Positions 37,101 through 50,319 of a stretch of DNA of 64,000 nucleotides are shown here, in pieces. The stretch's first letter is position 1. Each line of letters starts with the position of its first letter. The stretch comes from Geosiphon pyriformis uo1 (Eukaryota > Fungi > Glomeromycota). The DNA lies in contig JAAOMT010000070.1 in the NCBI GenBank assembly GCA_016748015.1, positions 1 to 64,000 of the forward strand, read 5' to 3'. The notes beneath the pieces are model-generated. The model was given only the letters and a program-made list of their open reading frames with translations. It made no database searches and was not told the DNA's origin. Both the position numbers and the translations under genes were made by a program.

Positions 37101-40100
37101 CCTACTCAAATGTAAAGACTATAAGAAAAAGCTGTCTTCTCTGGGAGCATGGATCACACCAAACAAAGACTATTGGATGTGCACACACTACTACTATAAG
37201 CCATGTCACAAAAAACACTACAAATACCCAAAATAACAGGAAAAGTGAGACAATAAATCATGTCTTGCTTGTAAAAAAACCTTATTTAATGAAAAAATAT
37301 GGAACAACATTTCTGGTTAAAGAGAAATATGCAATGCATCATGCTAGTATACAATTCTTATAAGTAACTGAGTGAGTTGTAGAACATCTATTGATGCAGT
37401 ATGATGCTGAGCAATCTTTCACTTAGATGAATATTCACATAACAAGGATGAAATTTGGCAAATGGCAAACACTAAAATAGAAGACATTTTACCCAGTGAG
37501 ATCTTGAAAATAAAAAACAACTCACCAAAACTAGTTAAAGTTATTTTCATTTCCAATCTAGATGTATTTTTGAATATTAAAACAGGTCCAGAAGAGTTCT
37601 ATGAACACTACCAAAATTTAGCACCCACAAGAAAAAAGCAAAAACAGCATTTAGAACAACTAAACACTTGACTATGTGACTACTGTTTGATCCCATATGA
37701 CTTCCAATATTGTAATAAGTGTGATCTCATTTACAATCTACCAACATGCATGATCTACACAATCCCTGAAGAAGAAAAACCAATCAGCAGCTGTGCATCA
37801 GAATCAGAATTAACATTTAATCTCAATTTAAACTCCAATAATGATGACCACAATGATTTCAGTTCCATTCAGAATAACAATAACAACAACAATAATTCAA
37901 ACTCTAATTTAAACCCAGAATACTATATCGTGCTTCTTGATTTATCAAAAGATTAAGAACTCAAATAGTTCAGCAATAATAATGAAGATATTATGTCAAA
38001 ACATGTACATGATACCAATACAAGATTGGATCTAAAATATCCAAGAAAAAATGCCATCAAATTGGAATCACATTTACATATCTGTATTAATCTAAAAATA
38101 GTACTGGAAATTCCAGCAACAACAATGATTCAATTAGTATCTAGGAGTAGTTTAGTGAAAAAAGGTATTAATATTAAAGAAGAAATAATTGATGCAGAAT
38201 ATGTAGAAAATATTATTGTAATGCTACAAAATGATTCAAAAAAGGCTTATATTATAGAGCCAAATGAAAAGATAGCACAAGCAATATTTCTGCCTTTGGT
38301 TAAAGTAGTACAGTTAGTATTAGTAAGAAATAAGAAAAAATTAGAGATTACAGCTAGGAAAATTAGTAAATTCAGATCTATGAGTAGAATAGACATACTG
38401 GTTAATATGGTAGAGAAAAAAATTATTGACAAGGAAGAAATTATCTTTATCCATCAATCAGTTTCTATTCTACTATATAACAGATATATGTTAATAGTAA
38501 AAAGAAAAGTGAGGGATCAATCACAAATTTTTGAAGCCAAGCCAATTATTTGCAAATCAGAAAAAATTGGGCTTATCAATCTTTACATACTAGCCAAGAA
38601 CAACAACCACATTAAAATTCCCATCTACAATACAATGAAAGACTTTATAAAAATAACAAAAAAGACTATCATTAGATACTTGACCATTGAAGTTAAGAAA
38701 CAACCACCAAACCCCATTCCAAATTTTCTACAACTATGTAGATATGTGAATATTACATTACAAACAATTTATGGACAAGAAGAATATTATCTGTTCTAAT
38801 CAGAATAATTAGAACAAATGAACTTAGAAAACTTGAACTTACTTTAATAAATGCAACTCAAAATGTTACTTAATAATTTTACTGACATATTTGCCAGTGA
38901 GAACAAATTTGGTAGAATTAATATTATTCAACACTAAGTTAAAACAGAAGATACAATGCCAATTAAACAAAAAACATATTGAATATCATTAGCAAAGCCA
39001 TAAAATTATATAACAAAAAATAAACTGAATATTAGACAATGGGTTAATTCAACCATCAATGAGTTCATGGTCTTTACCAATTATATTGGTTTGGAAAAAA
39101 AATGGAAAAATTCAATTTTGCATGGATTACCAAAAATTGAATAGAATAATAAAAGAAGATAGCTACTCAACTCCAAAGATTCAAAAACTTTTTGATGTAT
39201 TTGAAGAAAAAAAATGGTTCTTAACATTAGACTTGAATAGTGGTTACTAACAAGTAACCATGAAACCAGAAGATAAGAAGAAAACAGCATTTACAACCTA
39301 AGAAGAATATTTCAAATTCGACATTATGTCTTTTGGCTTAATAAATGCTTCAGCCATTTTCCAATGGCTAATAGAAATTGTTTATAGAGAACTATTGTGG
39401 AAATCAGTAATTGTGTATTTAGATAACACCAACATATTTTCAAAAACATTTGATAACCATCTTCATTATCTACAATAGGTGTTCAAAAGATTAAGACAAG
39501 CAAGACTAAAGTTAAATGCCACCAAATGCTTCTTTGGAAAAACAGAATTGAAATTTTTGGGACATATAATAAGCAAAGATGGAATTAAAACAGATCCAGA
39601 TAAAATAGAAATAGTAAAAAACTTTTTAGTACCAACAAACTTAACAGAACTAAGAGTATTTTTAGAATTTGCTAAATACTACTGGCACTTTATCAAAGAT
39701 TTTTCCAAACTAGCTCAACCATTGTACCAACTCCAAACAAAAAATACCAAATACAAATGAACTGAAACCCAACAAAAAGCTTTTAACACACTGAAAAGAA
39801 AGCTTATTTAAACTCTAGTATTAATTTATCCAAATCACATCAAACTGTTTATTATTACCACTAATATATCTGATCAAGCATTAAAAGCTGTACAATCTCA
39901 AAAAAAACCAGATGGATGAAAACATCCAGTAGCTTACACCAGCTGAAACTTAAGCCCAGCTGAGAAAAACTATAGAACACTAGCATTAGTGCACTTAGCT
40001 ATCTACTGGGCTGTTATTAAATAGAAAGAATATTTAAGTTAAAAGTTTAATGTATATACTGATTACAAAATATTAACATCAATTCAAAAACAAGAATTTA

Positions 40101-40219
40101 AAAACAACTGTTATACAAGATGAAAAATAGAACTATCTATATTTAATTATACAATACATTATAAAAAAAGAAAAAAAAATGGAAATACTGACAGTTTATC
40201 ATAAATAAGACAAATCTAA
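34200..40219 (+). pseudogene. B1 gag-protease-Cys-rich-dUTPase-RT-RNase H polyprotein
   Basis: ORFs 34275, 35442, 37462, 37687, 37993 (dUTPase), 39059 and 39479 (RT); stop TAA at 40217-40219. Confidence 0.9.
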
Positions 40220-40249
40220 GAACATTTCAATCCAAAAATATAACAAAAA

Positions 40250-40372
40250 ATGAATACACAAAAATATCAACAACTCCAATATTATATTAATACTCAACAG
40301 TTTCAGGAGAAATTATCTCAAAAAGAGTAAAACAACATAAAACAACAATTCAAATATTTTATCACTCACCAG
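40250..40372 (+). pseudogene. B1 integrase ORF, N-terminus
   Basis: ATG at 40250, MNTQKYQQLQYYINTQ, homologous to B2 43244. Confidence 0.8.
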
Positions 40373-41165
40373 TGTTATAGGTGATTATTTGGGGTCTCAG
40401 ATCAAATATCAAATCCGTAACTTGGTGCTTAAAACTACTTGTGTTGTTGATAATATCTTTAAGTGGTTGGTATCTGAAGGTTTTCCAAATGAGTCCTTTG
40501 TATAATAGACAGAAATTCAATAGTTGTTTTATCTATAGCTTCTCAGATTCACAAGTCTGTCAATTTTTTTCTCAGCTTGGTGGCCAGCAATCCTCTGGTA
40601 AGTAATCCATATTTTCTGTACGTGTTCTACCCACTTGCAGAGGTTTTTTACCAGGCAATCCTTGATGTCAGTAATCAGTGCTTTTAATCAATTGGTTAGT
40701 GCACAATAACAAAATCACAGAAAATAAAGAAGTAAAAAAATATAAAGAAAAATAAAAAAGAAAATAAAAAATAAGCCAAGGCAATTTGCAAGTTAGTATC
40801 CTGTCAATAGCCGTGATCAAGAGCTATTGTTCCAGTGTGATTAAGTATCAATTACTATCAACATTTCATGTTGATAGTAAAGAGTGAATTTGATATGGTG
40901 AATAATTATTTATTTGAAGATTGTGGTAACTAAGCTAAGAATTTTTGGTGTCAATTCTGTCTTTTCTGCTTTTAATGCTACTGTTATATATACATATTTG
41001 AAATTCCTCAATTCCTCAATTCTTTGTGACAGGAATCCTGGAATTTCTGGAATTCTGCAATTTCTCTAAGAGAAATCTTGGAATTCCACATTTACTACAT
41101 CTATATCTGATTGGCTAATATCTACTGACTAATAATATTATATTTCCTATATTCTATGAGTAACA
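40373..41165 (-). repeat. B2 3' LTR
   Basis: Direct repeat of 60536-61408, 80 bp shorter in the U3 array. Confidence 0.95.
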
Positions 41166-41178
41166 TTATTCTCTCCTT

Positions 41179-41808
41179 TTAATATTGAGCTCTGTCAAAA
41201 TCTAATTCCTTTAATTCTCCCCTTTGAAGTATTTCCTGAATTTTGTTTTCAAGAATTACTTGTGTTATTTGAGTCTGTAATTCTTCAAATTGAGCATTGA
41301 TGATTTTTCCCAATTAATTACTGGTAACCATATTCATTGCTTTGTTAAGTAGAATTTCTGGTTGATTCTGAAATGCTGTGTGTATTTGGTATATAGCTCG
41401 AACTTGTATGGATAAGTTGTTTTTCCCCATAAAATGTTCTAGTTGTTGTAGTATTGTTGTGTCAAATAATCACTTTGTTTTATCCGTATATAAGTTCTGG
41501 ATATTTACATGTTGTCCCAAGTAAAAATAACAATAATTTTTTGGAAATTGTTGTGTCTATCAGGTCCAAGTTTCCCTGGTAAGTTTTTGGTGTAATTCAA
41601 CTATTTGTTGTTCTTTTATGACCAATTTTATCTTGGTCATGATCTTGTTAACAACATTTTCAAGTCTTTTCTGTGCTTTGTTTTGTGGTATCTTTGCCAT
41701 ATTTTTGTAACGAATGGTTTGTTGATTGATTGTAATTTCCATCTCCTGGTGTTGAATTAATTGAAAAATTTGTTGGGCTAGTGAATGGATATTGTTTGTA
41801 ATTTCCAT
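41179..41808 (-). pseudogene. B2 ORF3, unknown ~209 aa protein
   Basis: MEITNNIHSLAQQIFQ..YFYLGQ..VRAIYQI..; homologous to 62723-63355 and 46176-46895; stop abuts the PPT. Confidence 0.8.
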
Positions 41809-41861
41809 TTTTCTGATCTTTTCTGTCGCGTCGACCATGTTCTTATATATTCTTTTGTCAA

Positions 41862-43244
41862 TCAATTGGACATGTTGTTGTTAATGATAATGATTGGTTC
41901 CAAATCTTGTGGAATCTCATCTGGTTGGACTAGTATTCTCTGTACTCCTAATTGTGGAATATTACTGGTGAATGATGATGCTATATGGTGGTATGGTTTT
42001 AGTCGATCTCCATGTGCTGCTTTGGTCAAGATTTTGTAATTCAATCTTAATTTGTAAGCTCCATTTCTTAGAATTTCTTCTATGTGAAATGGTCTATCCC
42101 ATTTGGAGTCAAATTTTCCACTCCATTGTTTTTCCGTTTTGGTATAATATAGTGGTACTTTGTCTCCAATTCTGAATTCAACTGGTTTATCTGGTAGTTG
42201 GTTATCATGTCTTTCTTTTTGTTTCTCTTGTAACCTTTGTATGTTATCAGCTGCTCTTCATTGTTTGTTTTTTAATGTTTCCATTAAGTCATATGTTCTT
42301 CTCAACAATGTGTTTTTGAAATTCTCTTCTGTTATTGGTTTAGTTGGGTATGTGCTGACTTCTATTTCCACTGGTAGTGTTGCTGTTTTACCATATACTA
42401 ATTCAAATAGTGTTGCTTGTGTAGTATCTTGCTTCATTGTCTGATAAGCAAATAGTACTGATGGTATCAACAAATCCCAATCGTTCTGGTTTTCTTGGCT
42501 GAGTTTAGCTATTGCTTCACACAATGTTCTGTTGAATCTTTCGATTAATCCATTGGTTTGTGGATAATATGGTGATGATAGTGGTCTCTTAATTCTGAAT
42601 TTTTGGCTCAATTCTGTTAATGTTTTGTTCACAAAATAAGTTCCTTGGTCTGATAATAATTCTTTTGGACATCTGTGTCAACAAATTAAATCTTGATGAA
42701 TGAATTCGGCAATGGATTCTGCATCTGCTCTTTGAATTGCTTTTGCCTCTGGCCATTTAATGAGATAGTTCATGGCTACTGCTATGTACCTGTTTCCTCC
42801 ACTGGTGATTGTTAATGGTCTGACTAAATCAATTCCAATACAGTCAAATGGTTGTCCCACTTTGATTGGTCTTAATGGTTCACTGGGTCTTGTTCCTCTT
42901 CTTCGCTGACAAGCATCACAATTTTGAACATATTGGATGATGTCTGGATACATTGATGGCCAATAGTACCTTTTTCTGGTTTTTTCCATGGTTGCTTCTT
43001 TGTGAAAATGTCCTGCTGTTGGATTTGAGTACATATTAAATAATATTGTCTCTTTTTCTGGCTTTGTAATTATTCTGGTTGGTTGATCTGGATCTTTTCT
43101 ATTTTTCCGATAAAGTATATTTTGGTAAGTGATAAAATATTTTGATTGTTGTTTGATACTCTTTTGTTCCATTTGAGATAAATTCTCTTTAAACTATTGA
43201 GTGTTTATATAATGTTGAAGTTGTTGATTTTTTTGTATGTCCAT
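41862..43244 (-). pseudogene. B2 integrase, separate ORF
   Basis: Own ATG; (H)..GH..YYWP..CDAC zinc domain, IGIDLV, SDQG, NGLIERFN, GPF module; no chromodomain. Confidence 0.92.
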
Positions 43245-43306
43245 CTTTTGTTATATTTTTCGTTGGTATTGTTCTGGTTTTGTTATATTTTTGGGTTAAA
43301 ATGTTC

Positions 43307-45229
43307 TTAGATTTGTCTTATTCACAACAAACCATCAGCATTTCCATTGTTTTTTCCTTTTTTATAATGTATAGTATAATTATATGGGGTAAGTGCCATT
43401 TTTCATCTTGACTGTCTTCCATCTTCAAATTCTTGTTTTTGAAGTGATGTTAATCCTTTGTGATCTGTGTATACTTCAAACTTCTGGCTCAAGTATTTTT
43501 TCCATTTCATGACTGCCCAGTATATTGTTAAGTGTTCTTGTTCCGGTGTTTCATAGTTCTTTTTGGCTGGCATTAAACCTTTGCTGGCATATGCTACTGG
43601 ATGTTTTCTGCTGTCTGGTCTTTTCTGAGATAATACTGCTCCCAATGCTTAACTGAATGCATTGGTGGTAATGATGAATGGTTTGCTGTGATTTGAATAG
43701 ATCAGTACTGGAGCTTGAATGAGCTTTCTTTTCAGAATATCAAAAGCTTCTTGTTGACTTTTTGTTCATTCATATTTTGTATTCTTGGTTTGCAGTTGGT
43801 TGAGTGGCTGTGCTATCTTGGAAAAGTTCTTAATAAAACGTCGATAATAGCTGGTGAATCCCAAGAATAATTTCAGTTCTGTCATATTGGTTAGCACTGG
43901 AAAGTTTTTTACTATCTCTATTTTCTCTGGATCCATTTTGATGCCATCTTTGCTGACTATGTGTCCCAAGAATTTTAGTTCTGTCTTGCCAAAGAAGCAC
44001 TTTGTTGTATTTAACTTTAGTCTTGCTCTTCTTAGTCTTTCGAACACTTGTTGAAGATGATAAAGATGATCATCAAACATTTTTAAGAATACATTGGTGT
44101 TGTCCAAGTATACAACTACTGATTTTTACAATAAGCCAGTATAAACAATTTCCATTAACCATTGGAAAGTGGCTGGTGTGTTGATTAAGCCAAATGGCAT
44201 TACTTCAAATTCAAAATTTCTTTCTCTGGTGGTAAATGCCATCTTTTCTTTGTTAGCTGAATTTATGGCTACTTGTCAGTAACCACTGTTCAGGTCTAAT
44301 GTTGAAAACCATTTGTTTCCACCGAAAGTGTTGAATAATTTTTGAATCCATAAAGTGGGGTAGCTATCTCCACAAGTTATTTCATTGAGTTTTCTATAAT
44401 CTACACAAAAGCGAATTTTCCCATTCTTTTTCCAGACGAGTACCACAGGTGATAACCATGGGCTCATTGATGGCTGAATTAGCTTATTGTCAAGCATTCG
44501 GTTTATCTCTTGATGAATAATCTCGTGGCTAACTGGTGGTACTCTGTATGCTCTTTGTTTAATTGGCATTGCATCTCCAGTCTTGATTTGATGCTGGATG
44601 ATGTCAGTTCAGCCAAACTCATTTTCGCTGGCAAAGATGTCATTGAAATTGTTGAGCAACATCTTAAGTTACATATGTTGGAGTGGATCTAAGTTTCCCA
44701 GGTTCATTTGTTCTAACTGTTCTGGTTGGAGCAAGTAACATTTGTTTTGTCTGTATATTGTTTGTAATGTGATATCAACATATCTACAAAGTTGTGAAAA
44801 GTCTGGAATGATGCTTGGTGGTTGATTCTCTATTTCTGTGGTCAAATATCCAATTGTGGTTCCTTCCAGTATATTGACAACATTTTTGGTGTTGTTGTAG
44901 ATGGAAATTTTAATGCAGCTATAGTTTTTGGCTGATATGTGGAAATTGATGAGTCCAATTTCTCCTGATTCACAAAGACTTGCTTCTGCTTCAAAAATTT
45001 GTGCTTGGTCTTTTACTTTCTTTTTTATTGTTACCAGGTACTGGTCGTATGATAAAATAGAAATTGCTTGACTGGTTGAGATAATTTCTTGGCCAACAAT
45101 TTCTTCCTCCACTATATTAACTGGTACATCTATTTTACCTGTTGACTCAAATCCATGTATCCCTCTTGCTGTTATTCCTAACTCTTCCCTATTTCTCATT
45201 GGTACTAACTAAGCTATCTTAATCAATGG
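43307..45229 (-). pseudogene. B2 polyprotein 3' part: dUTPase motif 5, linker domain, RT, RNase H
   Basis: RGIHGFESTG; RFCVDYRKLN, TLDLNSGY, MPFGL, YLDNT; GAVLSQ, FEVYTDH, NADGL; stop at 43307-43309. Confidence 0.93.
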
Positions 45230-46207
45230 TGTTATTAGAGGTTTTTGGTCTCTTCTTAGCTTTTGTATGTTTGTTGTAATACTGTTAATTCATAACTTAT
45301 GGGAAGTATTTAAACCTCCGATAACTGAATTTTATCTTCAAATTATCTCCTATAATTTGAACTGCTGGGCTTATAAGTGGAATGGTCAATTCTATGCCAG
45401 TTGCTTTGTGTAATTATGTTGTAGTAAACATCAACTCTTTCCCAGAAATTGCTTGTTTGGAAGCTCACTAAATGTGTGTAGTTATTTTGCTGTGAAAGTC
45501 AACTTTTCTACAAGAATTCTTGTCTGTAGGCTACCCAAATAATTTATAATAAGAAAAGAAAAAAAATGAAAGAAATGTAAAAGAAAAGTAAAACTGGTGA
45601 TTTATGGAAGTTGTTTTGGATCCAGACCTGGAAGTGCTTTAACAGTCTACTGATATTGGTAGCTAATCAATTTCAAACTGTTAGTAGGAATTGGTTAATT
45701 TCAAGAGAAATAATTAAGAATTTGGCTTTTCAAATTTATTTGATATTTTATTTTGTTTTTGTGTGTGAAGGGTGATTCTAATTGTTAAATCTGAAATAAG
45801 ATACATTTTCTCGAAGAGAGAAGCTCTTCTTTTATACAACTTGTCATAACACTATTTTATGAACTTAAACTTTGCTATTTTCTTTAATTTCACTGAACTA
45901 GAGATACATTTCGGCAAACTACAAGTTATTTCTGCAAACTATTAGATATTTCAGTAAACTATCAATTATTTTGGTGAATTTCTACAAATTTCAGCAAACT
46001 TTTTAAATGTTACATAGTTCGGGGTATTGCATGATTGATCATCGCAATTAGGTTACATTTGTGTTATGTACAAATTGAGTTATTAATTAAATAATAATTT
46101 CGGATATTTTGCTAATGTAATAAGTGATAATTTGAAATGCTAATTAATGATAAGAATTATAAGGATAATTTCATGCTAAGCAATATCTCTAATTTCGTTT
46201 GGTAACA
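45230..46207 (-). repeat. Family A 3' LTR
   Basis: Direct repeat of 54142-55119, differing almost only by transitions. Confidence 0.95.
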
Positions 46208-46895
46208 TAATCTCCTCCTCAAGACTAAGCTCTGTTGAAGTCCAAGTACCATCTGTAATTTCCAGATAGTAATCCAAAATTATTGAAGAAATTTGGTCTG
46301 AAAATTGTTGAAATTTCAGTTCTGTGAGCTTTTCAATATATTGAATCTTCAAAGGTTGTAAAATTGGGTTTTGTAGAACGTTTTCACAGGTGTGGAATAG
46401 GTCATAAAGTCTAAGAGCAGCTCTTAGTTTATAGCAACTGTTTGTAAGTTCAGCTGTTGTTTTGAATTTGTTGTGGAGTTGTTTTTGAATAGCATTTTTT
46501 GTGAAGTTTGCTGCTGTAAGCTCCCATTTTCATTTGTGAAGTGTTTTTCTAATGTAAAAATATCTATATATTGGAGTATAGTTGTGGTTTTCTTCATTAA
46601 GACACAATTGAAGTTTTTGTTGAATAGTAGCATTTGGTGGAATACTAATAGGAGTGAGCATTAAATTTTCTCTTAAAGCAAGCTTCAAAAGTTCTGGTAG
46701 ATGAATTCCAGAATAACTTCTTGTGTTCTTTTTGTAGGAGTGATAATTTTGTGAATTTGGGGCTAAATTGGCAACTATTTCTGTTTGAGTATAATTAATA
46801 TGTTTTCCTGTAATAGTAATAGATAATTCGGGTATTGTCTTTAAAGCTGACATTAGTTTCTGGGATAATTGTTGAATGTTTTGAGGAATAGTCAT
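46176..46895 (-). pseudogene. Family A ORF3, unknown ~239 aa protein
   Basis: MTIPQNIQQLSQKL..YRYFYI..RAALRLYDLF..IEKLTELKF; one internal TGA (46530); frame runs through the PPT into the LTR. Confidence 0.8.
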
Positions 46896-47046
46896 TATAA
46901 AAATTTTGAGTGAGAGAAAAAAATAGATTGAAATTATTTTTGGTATGTGGGTTTTTATGTTATTTTTGTTTTTCAGTGTGTTTTGTTTGTTTTGTTTTTG
47001 TGAAATTATTTTTAATTTATAAGGGAATAACTATAGTAAATTTAAA

Positions 47047-48429
47047 TTAAGTGTTCAAGTTAGGAGGTTGTTCAATAACAACTATTGGTTCTAAATTTCA
47101 GAAAATATTTTCAGGCTTAATTAAAAGGGAATGTGTACCAATTTGTGAAATTAATGGTTCAGGATTGTTTCTGGAATGATAGTGTTTTAGACAATTTCTA
47201 TGTGCAACTTTTGCTAGGATTTTGTCATCAAGTCTTAACTTGTATGATCTGTTGCCTAGAATTTCATAGATAAAGAATGATCTGTCCCATTTATTTTCAA
47301 ATTTTCCACTCCATTGTTTTTTAGCTTAGTTCTGTATAAGAGAACTTTGTTTCCAACCTTAAATTTATTGGTGACTAGTGGCAATTTGTTGTTATGCCAT
47401 TCTTTTTGTTGAGCTTGGGAGTGTTTGATATGAGTGGCTGCTATTTATTGTTTTCCTTCCAATGTGCTGAGAAGAGTGTAGGCTCTTTGTTAGAGCATTT
47501 CTTGAAAGTTTTCTTTGTTAATTGGTTGCACTGAATATGGTTTCACAGTGAAATTAATTGGTAACGTTGCTGTCCTTCCATAGGTTAAGTCAAATAGTGT
47601 GTGTTTTGTGGTATTTTGTTTTAGTGTTCTATATGCTAGTAACACTAATAGAATAAAGATATCCCATTTCTGTTCAAAATCAGTTAAGACTTTGGTTAAT
47701 AATTCACAGTGTTCTATTGAAACATTCTACAAGTCCATTTGTTTGTGGATGATAAGATAAAGACAACAGTCTTTTAACATTGAATTGTTCACAAATTTCT
47801 TGGATTAGATTGTTCATGAAATGTGTTCTTTGGTCAGACAAAAGTTTGATTGGACAATTATGTTTACAGATGATGTCTTTGTAAATGAAATTTGCTACTG
47901 ATTTCACATCTGCTCATTGAATGGCTCTGGCTTTGGGCCATTTAGTAAGATAGTTTACAGCTACTGTAATATAATGGTTTCTTTGATTTGTGATAGGTAA
48001 TGGTCCAACTAAATTGATACCAACTCAGTCAAAGAGTTGTCCAACTTTGATTGGATTTAAAAGTTCTGTAGGGTGAGTTCCTCCTCTTTTTTGACAATTA
48101 TCACAAGATTTGACATATTCATGAATGTCTTTTCTCATTCGAGGCCAAAAGTAGTGTTCTAATGTTCTTTGGATGGTGCTATTTTTTTCTAAATGGGCTG
48201 ATGAAGAGTCCGAGTGCATGTTATATAAGATAGTTTCCTTTTTATGTTCTTGTATTAATCTGAGTGGTTTGTCTGGATTTCGGAAGTTTCGATAATAAAT
48301 GATGTTGTTGTGTAAAAAATATTGTTTGGCTTGTTGTTGTAACTGATGTTTTTTGTCTGGGGACCAATCTGTTGGGATTGTTAATGTCTCTAAATATTGT
48401 TTGAGATTGTTGTAGTTTTCGGCGTTCAT
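47047..48429 (-). pseudogene. Family A integrase, separate ORF
   Basis: ATG 50 nt after the RNase H stop, in a different frame; MHSD..AH..YFWP..CDNC, GI(D>N)LVGPL, SDQ, NGLVE. Confidence 0.92.
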
Positions 48430-50319
48430 TGTTTGTTGTTTTGATGCTGTTAATTCAAATGGGTGTTGGTTTTTGTTTTCTAATCTTGCCTCATTCTTGA
48501 GAGACAGTCAACATTGGTGTGAAGTTTTCCTGATTTGTGGTGTACTATATATTGATAGTTTGCTAGAAATCCTATCCATCGGATTTGTTTTGCATTGAGT
48601 TGGGTGTTTTTGTTTTGTAACCATTTGAGTCCAATATTATCAGTAATAATATCAAATTCTTTAGGTCTGAGATAAAGGTTGAAGTGGTGTAAGTCCCAAA
48701 TTATGGCTGCTGTTTTTAGTTCTGTGGCAGGGTAATTTTTCTCAGCTGGTTTCAATGTTCTGCTAATATAAGCGATTACTTGCTCATTTCCATTGTCATC
48801 TAATTGTGATAGGATAGTACCAAAGACAGTATAAAAGGCATCTGTTACTAATCAGAATTGGTTGCTGAAATCTGGGTAGACAAGAATTGGAGCTGTTGTT
48901 AGTTTTTCTTTAAAGATTTCAAATGCATTTTGGTGTTCAGCAGTCTATTTGTATTTGACGTTTTTGGTGGTAAGCTGGTTGAGAAGTTTTGCAATTTTTG
49001 AGAATTCTTTGATAAACTTTCGATAGTAGAAGACTAACCCTATGAATCCTCTTAGTTCTGTAGTGTTTTGAAGAGTTTTGAAGTTTTTGACAGCACTGAT
49101 TTTTCCAGAGTCCAGTTTGATTCCATCTTTACTAACGATATAACCAAAGAAGGCCAAGCTTGTTTTTCCAAAGTAGCATTTTTTGATGTTGAGTTTCAGT
49201 CCTGTTTTTTGTAATCATTGAAAAACTTCTTGCAGATGTTTTAAGTGTAATTCGAATGATGGAAAATAAACATCAGTATTGTCAAGATAAATGACTACTG
49301 ACTTTCAAAGAAGCCCTTTATACACAACATCTATTAATCTCTAAAATGTTGCTAGTGCACTGCATAATCCGAAAGACATTATATTGAATTCATAATTTCC
49401 TTCTTGAATTGTGAAGGCTGTTTTGGAACAATCTTTGGGATTCATGGCAACTTGCCAGTATCTGCTTTCTAGATCTAGTGTTGAAAAGTATTGGATTTTC
49501 CAAGGGCATCTAACATGTTATCGATTCGGAGAAGAGGGTAGGCATTTTCAATGATGACACTATTGAGTTGTTGATAATCAACACAAAATCATATCTTTCT
49601 ATTTTTCTTCTTATTTAGGACCACAGATGAAGCCCATGGACTCATTGATGGTTAAATAAGCCCATTGTTAAGCATTTGTTGTACTTCTTCTTGGATAAAT
49701 TGGTGACTTTTTGGAGCAACTCGGTAGGCTTGTTGTTGTCTTGGTTTGACATCTCCTGTATAGATTTGGTGTTGAACCAAATCAGTTCTTCCTAAGTTAT
49801 TGTTGTTTTTGGCAAAAATATTGGCAAATTCTGTAATTAGCTCTTTGAGCTGGCTCTGTTGTTGTGGTTCAAGTTGTCCCATGTTGATTCGAGATAGTTT
49901 TTCCATGACAACATGGTAGTTTTTAGAGCTGGGGTTTGGGTTGATTTTTGGTAGTGAATGTCCAATAATTTTGGAGAAATCGGGGACTGTTTGGGGTAAT
50001 TCTTATTGAAAGATATTACTGTGAATAACTCCAATTTCTAAGTTATTTAATAAAACTATGAGATAATTGTTGGGATTGTAAAAAGTAACTTGAACTTTTT
50101 TTGTTCCTTTTGGAATATAAATGTTTGGGATCAAAATATTATGTTCCAAGTAGACTTGTTTGTTGGACTCAAAAATTTGTCATGTGGTTGTTGGCTTTTC
50201 ACAAGTGTAAATTTCAGAGTGTTCTTCAAAGGGTGAAATAGTAATTGGTTATGAAGGTTGTAGAATCTGGTGAGATTCACTTTGTTCATTAAGAGCTATG
50301 TTTACTGGAACTGTGAATC

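Noticed and set aside
40217-40252. B1 RH-IN stops as mere CAA>TAA damage, since the spacer is in frame
   Set aside because: The same two TAAs occur in B2, where the spacer is out of frame, and A and C are also split; still needs a consensus check
41179-41808. ORF3 as a retroviral env gene
   Set aside because: Too short and hydrophilic; no signal peptide, furin site/fusion peptide or transmembrane anchor visible
47047-47300. Chromodomain at the integrase C-terminus
   Set aside because: Only a GPF/Y module and a short tail are present; no chromodomain aromatic-cage pattern
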